From positions 1-14,962 of the forward strand of contig CAWHOE010000007.1 of NCBI GenBank assembly GCA_963830915.1: 14,962 nucleotides of DNA. Reading direction: 5' to 3'. The notes below the pieces were generated by a model. It had not been told where the DNA came from. It made no database searches and saw nothing but the letters and a program-made list of their open reading frames with translations. The stretch is from a candidate division FCPU426 bacterium. GTDB lineage: Bacteria > Oederibacteriota > Muellerivitia > Muellerivitales > Muellerivitaceae. This document shows, in pieces, positions 1 through 7,371 of the stretch (its first letter is position 1; every line of letters begins with the position of its first letter). The position numbers and the translations under genes are program-made.

Positions 1-7
1 CCGAGGC

Positions 8-1003
8 TCAACCAATTACAAGAAATTGGTTGGTCACAGGACAAACCAACGTGGAGTTTGAGGCGGGTGTAATCCCCACGATAAAATTGGGTTGTGTATA
101 CGTATTATATAAATAATAAACAACTGTAACGGAGAGGCTTGAACCGGGAGATGGGCTAAGTGTGGAAACGCCCAGAGGTCCGGTAAATATTCCCAAGGAT
201 GTAGTACTGGTGATGGTGGGTGTAACTGAGACACTGGGTGTATCGCTTGCCGTAACCGTCAGGGTTGGGGTACTGGTCGATGTGGGGGCGGATGTGAGTG
301 TAGAGGTTAAAGTGGCCGTAGATGTGTTTGTGGCGGTGGACGTCGGCACGGGTGAAGAACCAGAGGAAGATACTGTAATAGTCCTGTGGGTATTGGGTAC
401 ACCGGCTCCATATCCGGAACTACAGCCAACCGCCCACGCGTTCTCCTCAATAACGATGTTGTAACTACCTGCGGGTAAAGTCGAGGGTATAGTAACGTTC
501 CAGACCTGAGTATAGGGATTGGAAATCGTCGCATTCACAACGATGCCAGCCCATCCGTTACTTGGGTCGGTCGAGTCTTGGGTGGTGGAAGTCATAGGAC
601 TGGTCCCGTTGGAACCTGAAGTTGAATCAACCAAGAGATATTGGTTTGTCGCAGGGCAAATCAATGTGGTATTGGAAGCCGGAGTGATACCCACGATGAA
701 ATTAGGTTGGGTATAAGTTCCAGGTATATCGTAAATAACAGTAATTGAGAGACTAGAACCAGCCACGGGGTTAAGGTTGGAAATTCCAGGCGTCGCGATA
801 AAGAACGCGCCCGTAAAAGTACCCGTTGGGGTTGGAGTAAACGTTTGGGTTTGACTAACTACCAGGGTGTTTGTGTTCGTCGCAAGCGCGGGGACGGTAA
901 TGGGACCACCGCTACAACCAAATCCACTTAAAGATAAACCTGCTATAACCAAGCTACCCAAAATAATGAACAAGGCCAGTTGAAATATCACTTTTGGTTG
1001 CAT
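8..1003 (-). CDS. Secreted/surface Thr-Pro-Ser-rich protein with two copies of an Ig-like beta-rich domain (second copy incomplete; C-terminus possibly truncated at the window edge)
   Basis: ATG with AGGAGG RBS (1012-1017). Hydrophobic N-terminus ending in ...LSGFGC (signal peptide, non-canonical lipobox). TPTPT and TSTPT linkers. Repeated block GSSLS[IV]TV..Y....TYTQPNFIVGITPASN.TL.CP.TNQ. WNVTIPSTLPAGSYNIVI resembles an Ig/CARDB-type strand. Confidence 0.8.
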   Translation of the reverse strand: MQPKVIFQLALFIILGSLVIAGLSLSGFGCSGGPITVPALATNTNTLVVSQTQTFTPTPTGTFTGAFFIATPGISNLNPVAGSSLSITVIYDIPGTYTQPNFIVGITPASNTTLICPATNQYLLVDSTSGSNGTSPMTSTTQDSTDPSNGWAGIVVNATISNPYTQVWNVTIPSTLPAGSYNIVIEENAWAVGCSSGYGAGVPNTHRTITVSSSGSSPVPTSTATNTSTATLTSTLTSAPTSTSTPTLTVTASDTPSVSVTPTITSTTSLGIFTGPLGVSTLSPSPGSSLSVTVVYYLYNTYTQPNFIVGITPASNSTLVCPVTNQFLVIG

Positions 1004-1083
1004 TGAAAGAGCCTCCTATACACAGGTCGTCAATCGTAACCCAGATTAGCTCCCCCTTAAATATCGTCGAGACATTTAATGTA

Positions 1084-1092
1084 ATTATACCA
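1084..1092 (-). promoter_or_regulatory. Putative extended -10 promoter element (TGnTATAAT) for the 8..1003 gene
   Basis: Minus strand reads TGGTATAAT about 80 nt upstream of the ATG, in AT-rich intergenic DNA downstream of a terminator. No good -35 at 17 bp. Confidence 0.5.
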
Positions 1093-1215
1093 CTTTAAAT
1101 TTTACCCGCTCTACTAAGGCTCAATAAAAGACACCTGTCTCCCCACAATTCAGCAAGAAGCAGGGACCATTAACCATTATTTGAAAAATCACCCGTATTT
1201 TTTACCTATATAAAT

Positions 1216-1255
1216 ATAAACAAAAGGGACGCACAAGTTTGTTCGTCCCTTTGTT
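1216..1255 (-). terminator. Rho-independent terminator downstream of the ParB-fusion gene
   Basis: Minus strand AAAGGGACG-AACAAACTTGTG-CGTCCCTTT followed by TGTTTATATTT. The 9-bp inverted repeat lies about 40 nt after the stop at 1295. Confidence 0.75.
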
Positions 1256-1294
1256 ATCAACTGTTTTGTTCTTGAACTTCCCTTAATCTACGAC

Positions 1295-3178
1295 TTATTT
1301 CACTTCGGTCACTTTGACCACCGCTTCGGACCCATCCTGATTGTGGTAGGTCTCAACGATCAGACCCACCTTCTTGCGGGATATAAGCTTCCTGGGATAG
1401 TTCAAGTCGCTCCGGGTGGTCAGAACGCCCTGCACCAAAAAATCATCCGTAAAATCGTCGAATTTCAAAAGTTTCGGCGGTTCGGACGGCTCAAACTTCA
1501 TATATATTTTGTTGTCTTTGATATCTTCTTGTTTATCAGGGGTCAAATACTTCTGATAAAAGACTTTTCCATATTGCTCGCTTAACTTCCTGTCGAAGTA
1601 ATACTGCCAATCATCATAATTGTTATGGTAGGACTTCTCAAAGAACGTCTTGGCGAGGTCAGCGTCGTCTTCAGAGTCATTCTTCATCCTGTCATTCAAT
1701 TCTTCAGGCACTTCAGGACTCCGCCTTCCACTTAAGGTTTGGAGGGACGGTCCCTGGGCCTGGGTACCAATACCTGGTTTGGGTATAGGTACACTCACAA
1801 CCTGTCCCTCGGTTTGTGACGCCTGGTTCTGGGCCACAATCCCAGAACCGTTACCTGGCTGTGCCGGTTCCGTACCGGAACCGGCCCTCGGGACAGAGGT
1901 GTGGAATGTGGGCAATCCTAAATCCCTATGAAGGATCACCTTCTGCCAAACCACCCAACCGATGGCCCCGATGAACAGGAGAATAATTGCGACCTTAAAC
2001 AACCCTCTCATTTGTTTTTGGATCAACAGGGCCAGTTCATGGATGGCCCCTTTAAAGGGTGTCCAAAAGTACTGGAAGACGGCCTTTATTACCGCCCAGG
2101 CGGTCTGGATGACCCAATGGATGGCGGTCAGCACGCCTTTTGCCAACCTTTCCTGACCCTTGTTCATTGGGGGGAGGGTTAACCCTTTTATGGCCTGCTT
2201 AACGGGTGTGGAATCTGGCGTGACCGGTTCGACTTCCTCCCGCTGGCCAGAGTCCCTTAGGTTTTCGGTCACGGCCACCCCGGTCGGTTGGGCCACCGGC
2301 TTCTGGGTAACGACTCCGGCCTGTTCCAGATGTTTTTGGACTAATGCTCTGGCCTGGGGTGCGGCCATTTGGTTGGTTAAGATTTGCTGGAGGCTCTGGT
2401 ACGCCAGGTCTTGGGCTTTCTCGGGGGGCTTAATGGCTAACAGACGGACCAGTTGGTAAGCCACATTCTCGGAAAGTACCCAAGGGTTTTCATTTCCAGA
2501 CTTTAATTTGTCACGTTCTTCTAGGGATTTTACTGAAGTTAAGTAAATTGACCCGGCCGACCCTTCTTCTTGGACGCCAGAACCACAACTGCTTTGTGGG
2601 TTAGAGGCATTCTGACTACTGGAACCAGCGGCATCTTCCAATTTATCCATGTAGTCATGGATCAAGGCCCTGGCGGGACCGTTCAAGACGGTCAATAGAC
2701 GCTTGGCCCGGCTAACGGCTTGCTGTTCAACGCCGAACTTATCCGCCCATATATCCTGGGTCCAGTCGGTATGGTCCTTCATGACACTTTCCCAGCTTTC
2801 GTACTTATCCAGCCAGTAGACCTCCGCCCCGGCATTGGAGGTGATGGCCATGATCTTGGCCTCCTCCAGGGTGATATCCAGCTCCTCGCATTCTATCTGG
2901 GACCAACCCAACTGTCCGGCGGCCAGGAACCGCCTTTGGCCGGAAATGATGGGGTAAGGTGCCTGGCCGTTCCCTTTCCAGACCAGGAGCCGGTGGATAT
3001 AACCGCCCTTGGCCATATAGGCCTGGAGGGTACGCATTTCAGCAGGGTCTTTGAACTTACGGGGGTTCCAATCCGGCACTACCAGATCGGATAGGGAGAT
3101 CATCCGGACGACGGGTGGCTTCGGTTGGGAAGTTTCTTCAGATTCCGACGAGGGTCTGTCTTGCAGATTAACGGACAT
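1295..3178 (-). CDS. ParB/Spo0J-family protein (ParB N-terminal CTP-binding domain + HTH) fused to a transmembrane helix and a C-terminal extracytoplasmic domain
   Basis: ISLSDLVVPDWNPRK (QPR box), IISGQRRFLAA (GxxRR box), AITSN (ENxxR region), HTH TQDIWADKFGVEQQAVSRAKRLL, LSENVAYQL (LSxGHARxL-equivalent helix). TM segment VAIILLFIGAIGWVVW preceded by K/R. GGAGG RBS upstream of the ATG. Confidence 0.85.
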   Translation of the reverse strand: MSVNLQDRPSSESEETSQPKPPVVRMISLSDLVVPDWNPRKFKDPAEMRTLQAYMAKGGYIHRLLVWKGNGQAPYPIISGQRRFLAAGQLGWSQIECEELDITLEEAKIMAITSNAGAEVYWLDKYESWESVMKDHTDWTQDIWADKFGVEQQAVSRAKRLLTVLNGPARALIHDYMDKLEDAAGSSSQNASNPQSSCGSGVQEEGSAGSIYLTSVKSLEERDKLKSGNENPWVLSENVAYQLVRLLAIKPPEKAQDLAYQSLQQILTNQMAAPQARALVQKHLEQAGVVTQKPVAQPTGVAVTENLRDSGQREEVEPVTPDSTPVKQAIKGLTLPPMNKGQERLAKGVLTAIHWVIQTAWAVIKAVFQYFWTPFKGAIHELALLIQKQMRGLFKVAIILLFIGAIGWVVWQKVILHRDLGLPTFHTSVPRAGSGTEPAQPGNGSGIVAQNQASQTEGQVVSVPIPKPGIGTQAQGPSLQTLSGRRSPEVPEELNDRMKNDSEDDADLAKTFFEKSYHNNYDDWQYYFDRKLSEQYGKVFYQKYLTPDKQEDIKDNKIYMKFEPSEPPKLLKFDDFTDDFLVQGVLTTRSDLNYPRKLISRKKVGLIVETYHNQDGSEAVVKVTEVK

Positions 3179-3289
3179 AGGGGTGCCTCCAAAAATATAG
3201 TGGCTCCCCTATGGAGACCATTAATAAATTGTCAAAACGATTTTAGACAAGGACAAAATAACTGGAATTTGGGAAAACGGATTAACCTT

Positions 3290-3958
3290 TTATTTCCCGG
3301 CCTTAGGTTGGGAAAAATACGCTTCAGCTTCCAGGGTCACCCTGTCCATCTCATCCTGGACCTTCTTCATGGTCTTCTCATCATGCTCGTTCTTCAGGGG
3401 CACATGGATAGGCTCCCCATACACGAATACCACCCGGCTGAAGGGCCTGGGGATGATGAATTTGTCCCAACTGGTTAGACGCCAGAAATGTTCCGCCGAG
3501 AATCCATAGGGCACGATGGGACAGCCGGTCTGGGCGGCGATGTTCACGGCGCCCATTTTCATCACACGCCTTGGCCCCCTCGGACCGTCCGGCGTGATGG
3601 CGCAGCGTTTCCCCGACTTCATCAGGGAGATCATTTCCATCAAGGCTTCCTGTCCGCCTTTGCTGCTGGAACCCCTCACTCCCACATACCCGAAAAATCG
3701 AGCCACCCGGGTGATGAGTTCCCCGTCCCGGCTGGCGGAGATCATCACATGCACATCCAGGTCCCGGTGATGCCAAACGCTCATCAAAATGGTCTCGTGC
3801 CAGAGACACCAAAGGAAAGGCCCGGCGCCTTTGCTTTTAGAACCCCATTCGGTTTTCCCGGCCTCCTCGATGCGAAGGGTAATTCCGAGTAGCTGGATGA
3901 GCGGCGTGACGATGAGGATGATCAGTCGGTCGACCAGGTTGGGCTGGTGGGTTTTCAT
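3290..3958 (-). CDS. DUF374 / lysophospholipid acyltransferase family protein (LpxJ-like lipid A late acyltransferase candidate)
   Basis: Motifs LWHETIL, ISASRDGE, RGSSSKGG, ITPDGPRGP, SWDKFIIPRPF are typical of DUF374. Starts 3 nt after the lpxB stop. Confidence 0.85.
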   Translation of the reverse strand: MKTHQPNLVDRLIILIVTPLIQLLGITLRIEEAGKTEWGSKSKGAGPFLWCLWHETILMSVWHHRDLDVHVMISASRDGELITRVARFFGYVGVRGSSSKGGQEALMEMISLMKSGKRCAITPDGPRGPRRVMKMGAVNIAAQTGCPIVPYGFSAEHFWRLTSWDKFIIPRPFSRVVFVYGEPIHVPLKNEHDEKTMKKVQDEMDRVTLEAEAYFSQPKAGK

Positions 3959-3961
3959 GGT

Positions 3962-5119
3962 TCAGTTACGTCCGCTCAAAAAAGCCAATATTTCTCGGGC
4001 GATGTTCTGGGAAGCTTTGGGCGGTTTGGAGATGGAGTTTTTTATTTTCTCAAAAGCCTTGAGCTGCTTATCCCGGGCCTTGTTTCCATCCAATAAGGGC
4101 AGGGTCTCTTGCACCAGGGCTTCAGGATTGGCATTTTCCTGTAACAATTCGGTCACGATATCGGCGCCCGCCAAAAGATTCACCAGGGACACATTCTTTA
4201 TTTTGACCAGACGCTTGGCCAAGAAACCTGTCAAGGAGGAGACCTTATAAACCACCACCATGGGGGTCTTGAGCAAGGCCGTTTCCAGGGTGCTAGTGCC
4301 GGATTTCACCCAAGCCGCGTCGCAAACTTTCCGAAGATCGAATGCCGGAGCGTCCACGAAATAGAAGGGATCTTCCGGAGTCAGTCCCTCGTAATCCTCG
4401 AATGCCAATCCCTGGGGTTTGGGGACCACGAAAGCGGCGTCCGGGCATTGTTTTCTCAAGAGACGTGAGGCTTCCAGAAAAATGGGCCAGATCCTTTTGA
4501 TCTCGCCTTTCCGGCTTCCCGGCATGGCCGCGATCAGGGGTAATCGGGTCAGGTCCAATCCCTGTTTCTTTAGGGCCGAGACTCGATTGACAGGTTTCAG
4601 GTCCATCTCTTCCATCAAAGGATGGCCGACACAGACCACTTCCATGCCTTTTTTCTTAAAGAATTCTTTTTCGAACGGAAGGATGACCAGGAGTTTCGTG
4701 ATGACCCTCTTCATGTCTTTCAAACGGCTCTCGTGCCAGGCCCAGACCTGGGGGGCGACATAATAGTAAACCGGGATGCCCAATCGATAGGCCTTTTCAG
4801 CCAGGCGAAGGTTGAACCCGGGATAATCGATCAGGAACAACAGGTCGGGTTTTTCTCTTTCCATCCATTCGACGCATTGATCGAAACGACGCTTGATGGA
4901 GGGGTAATGTTTCACCACTTCCCAGAAACCGATGAGTGCCTGTTTTGTCAGGTCCTCGCGGACCTCCATGCCGGCTTTGGCCATGGCTGGCCCGCCCATG
5001 CCGAAGATCTTGAGTTTCTTATTTTTTGATAATAGCGCCTCAATGACCTTGGCCGCGTGAGTGTCACCCGAAGTCTCGCCCGCCACCATCATGATCGATT
5101 TTTTTCGGATCATCGTCAA
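3962..5119 (-). CDS. lpxB: Lipid-A-disaccharide synthase
   Basis: VAGETSGD, IDYPGFNLRLA, YYVAPQVWAW, ILPFEKEF, VGHPL, MPGSRKGE, KSGTSTLETAL, SLVNLLAG, ELLQE. The start may be TTG 5119 or ATG 5113. Confidence 0.97.
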   Translation of the reverse strand: MTMIRKKSIMMVAGETSGDTHAAKVIEALLSKNKKLKIFGMGGPAMAKAGMEVREDLTKQALIGFWEVVKHYPSIKRRFDQCVEWMEREKPDLLFLIDYPGFNLRLAEKAYRLGIPVYYYVAPQVWAWHESRLKDMKRVITKLLVILPFEKEFFKKKGMEVVCVGHPLMEEMDLKPVNRVSALKKQGLDLTRLPLIAAMPGSRKGEIKRIWPIFLEASRLLRKQCPDAAFVVPKPQGLAFEDYEGLTPEDPFYFVDAPAFDLRKVCDAAWVKSGTSTLETALLKTPMVVVYKVSSLTGFLAKRLVKIKNVSLVNLLAGADIVTELLQENANPEALVQETLPLLDGNKARDKQLKAFEKIKNSISKPPKASQNIAREILAFLSGRN

Positions 5120-5155
5120 AACAGGTTCCTTTAAGGGAGTAGGGCGGTCCTGGGA

Positions 5156-6364
5156 TCAGTAGGGTGGGGGCGCCGGGATGATCGTGAATCGGAAATTGAA
5201 ATAACCCAGAACAGCGTACCCGTGGTCCCATTTCTCATAGCCCAGGTTGAAGGCGAACAAACCGTCGATCTGGGAATTGAAAAGAATGGGATTTTCGGAC
5301 TCAGGGAAGGGCTTGAGGATCTCGAATTTCCAGTTGGTCCCGAGCAAGCGCCAGTTCCAACCCGTATAGAACATCCTTTCCGTCGTCCTGCTCGTGCTCG
5401 GATAGCTGGCTGAAAGCTTCGAGTTCAACTGGGGCAGAAGATCGCCGTAATTCATGTTGGGCGCCAACTGCCCGATGCCCATCGAGTCGAACAAGTCCGA
5501 AAAACCCTGCACCAAACCAAAATGCACGGCCGTGTCTTTGGCTATATATTCACTCATGACCGTATAGACGCCTCCCAGGGTGCCACCGGTCAGGGTAAAA
5601 CTATTGTTTCCCGTCCCGGTCGCTCCCGGGTTTCCGCCTGACAACAACAGAGTCGATAGGAGTCCGGACGCGACAGCCGGCACATCCCCATTCTCATCCA
5701 GCCACGCGTATTTCAGGTCGCTGGTCAACAACCAAACCCGCAGGGGCTCCAGGTAATCGGCGGCGGAACCGGAATCATCCTTCGCGGCGATGGAGCCGAT
5801 GAAATAGGAAAAGGAGATGTCCCAATTCAAGCCGTCCCAACGGTCCCAGGCGTTGGAATAGGCCGTGGGCATCAGGGCGAGGGAGCCGCGGGAAATACTC
5901 GGGGTATTAGTGAGGGTCGGGGTAAAGGTGTTGGTCGGAAAAATAGTGCCCGTGTTGGTCGAGGTCGGGGTATTGGTGAAAGTGCCGGTATCCACCGGCG
6001 AGCCGACGGCGCCGAAAGGCGTGTTGGTCGGCGTGGGAGTCCAGGTATCGGTCGCGAATGGGTCCCAGGTGAAGGTATAGGTCGGGGTGGCGAATATGTC
6101 GATGGTGGGAGTCCAGGAGGGCGTTGGGGTATTGGTCGCCCAGGGGTCTACCGTATTGGTATCGGTTACAGCCGGATCAGCCGTGGGAGTGAAGGAAAAC
6201 GTAGGGGTGGATGTAAAGGTTAAACTGGGACTATTGGTGAAAGTCGGAGTTGGAGAAGGACTGGTTTGGGCCCAAACCCGGGAATATGTTAACAAAGCGA
6301 GCGTCAGCAGGGTTTTGGAAGCTATTCCTCCCCACCGCCTGTTTTTTTTATTCGATCCGCTCAT
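5156..6364 (-). CDS. Exported protein: signal peptide, long Pro/Thr-rich stalk, C-terminal probable outer-membrane beta-barrel (YjbH-like)
   Basis: Signal peptide ...LLTLALLTYSRVWA/QT, then about 125 aa of TPTFTNTPT-type repeats. The C-terminal part has alternating aromatic strands (WDISFSYF, DLKYAWLDE..VPAVASG, GVYTVMS, AVHFGL, YTGWNW, FNLGYE, GYFNFRF). The family assignment is inference. Confidence 0.7.
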   Translation of the reverse strand: MSGSNKKNRRWGGIASKTLLTLALLTYSRVWAQTSPSPTPTFTNSPSLTFTSTPTFSFTPTADPAVTDTNTVDPWATNTPTPSWTPTIDIFATPTYTFTWDPFATDTWTPTPTNTPFGAVGSPVDTGTFTNTPTSTNTGTIFPTNTFTPTLTNTPSISRGSLALMPTAYSNAWDRWDGLNWDISFSYFIGSIAAKDDSGSAADYLEPLRVWLLTSDLKYAWLDENGDVPAVASGLLSTLLLSGGNPGATGTGNNSFTLTGGTLGGVYTVMSEYIAKDTAVHFGLVQGFSDLFDSMGIGQLAPNMNYGDLLPQLNSKLSASYPSTSRTTERMFYTGWNWRLLGTNWKFEILKPFPESENPILFNSQIDGLFAFNLGYEKWDHGYAVLGYFNFRFTIIPAPPPY

Positions 6365-6402
6365 GAAAACCTCATGTTGTATTCGCTTCCTTGCCTTACC
6401 AT

Positions 6403-7242
6403 TTACCGCAAAAGGTAAACTTTAACGGTTTTCCGCCCGAACCTGACCGCTTCCTCATAAGTATCGAAACAAAGGTCGATCTTGTTTCCCTTGATAGCCC
6501 CGCCCTTATCCGCCGCGATGGCGTAACCATATCCCTCTATATAGAGGGGTGTCTTCAATCGGATGAATCTGGGGTCCACCGCCGCCACACCATAACCCGC
6601 TTTCAAACCCGACGCGGTCGTTCCAGTGGCGTAGGGCCAGGTATCCTCCGGTCCGGGGTAATAAGCCGTGGCCTCCATCGTCACTGTTTTCCAGACCCTG
6701 GCCCGTTTTTTCAGGGTATAAAGCTTCTGTTTAAGGGCTGTCCCCTCCAATACTTTAGCATCCTTCGAGGGGACCAAAACCGTGGATTTCAGCGTTTTCT
6801 CAAAGGCTTTCTCGCCATTGAGGAAAAATTCCTCGGTCTGTAGTTCCACCCATCCATCCTTGCCCTGTTGGATATCGATGATCTCCCCAGTGTTCAAGTT
6901 ATCCGTGTAGTCCGTATGGGTCTGATAAGGCTGTTTCTTCTTGGAATCCGTCACTTTCCTTTCGACCAAACCCAGGTCCACTTCCATACCTTCGGTCAAG
7001 GGCGCCGAGAGATCCGGGACCAAAACGTCCTGTGGTTTCAGGACGATCCGCTGCTCTTTCAGCAGATCCCCCACCGTTCTGGCCGAAGTCACGACCTCTT
7101 GAGGCTGGTCCTTTTGAAAAAGCAGGATGTGAAGCTTGGGTTCATGGACCTTTTTATAAACAGACCAAACAATCATGCCTAAGGCGAACGCGGCAATGGT
7201 CGCAGTGACGCCCCAACGGGACTTTTGTCTCACTTTAATCAA
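6403..7242 (-). CDS. DUF348-G5-3D domain cell-wall lytic transglycosylase-like protein (YabE/Sps architecture)
   Basis: N-terminal TM anchor. TSARTVGDLLKEQRIVLKPQDVLVP (DUF348/ubiquitin-like). G5-like IQQGKDG...VLEGT. 3D domain EATAY, GTTASG, AAVDPRFI, AADKGGAIKGNKIDL with three Asp. Start TTG 7242 or GTG 7233. Confidence 0.9.
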   Translation of the reverse strand: MIKVRQKSRWGVTATIAAFALGMIVWSVYKKVHEPKLHILLFQKDQPQEVVTSARTVGDLLKEQRIVLKPQDVLVPDLSAPLTEGMEVDLGLVERKVTDSKKKQPYQTHTDYTDNLNTGEIIDIQQGKDGWVELQTEEFFLNGEKAFEKTLKSTVLVPSKDAKVLEGTALKQKLYTLKKRARVWKTVTMEATAYYPGPEDTWPYATGTTASGLKAGYGVAAVDPRFIRLKTPLYIEGYGYAIAADKGGAIKGNKIDLCFDTYEEAVRFGRKTVKVYLLR

Positions 7243-7371
7243 TCTCCACCCATTCCATAGAAGAAATACGCCGAATGGACGCCGAAGGATATCAAAGGGC
7301 CGAAAACCAGCCTCTAACCACGGTTTTCTGTCCCGATAAAGGAACCATGATAAGCGGAATTCGCGGACTTA

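Noticed and set aside
1004..3289. Canonical parS site (TGTTNCACGTGAAACA) near the ParB-like gene
   Set aside because: No match found by eye. Partial TGTTTCAC hits near 4908 and 11280 lack the second half-site and lie within genes.
5865..6425. Val/Gly-rich plus-strand ORFs (also 162..464) and possible CRISPR or tandem DNA repeats
   Set aside because: These are antisense readings of Thr/Pro codons. The repeats are degenerate at DNA level, with no constant repeat-spacer structure and no cas genes.
7243..7371. c-di-AMP (ydaO) riboswitch upstream of the 3D-domain gene
   Set aside because: Only a short GAAAACC/GGTTTTC dyad is present. The conserved ydaO sequence blocks are not seen.
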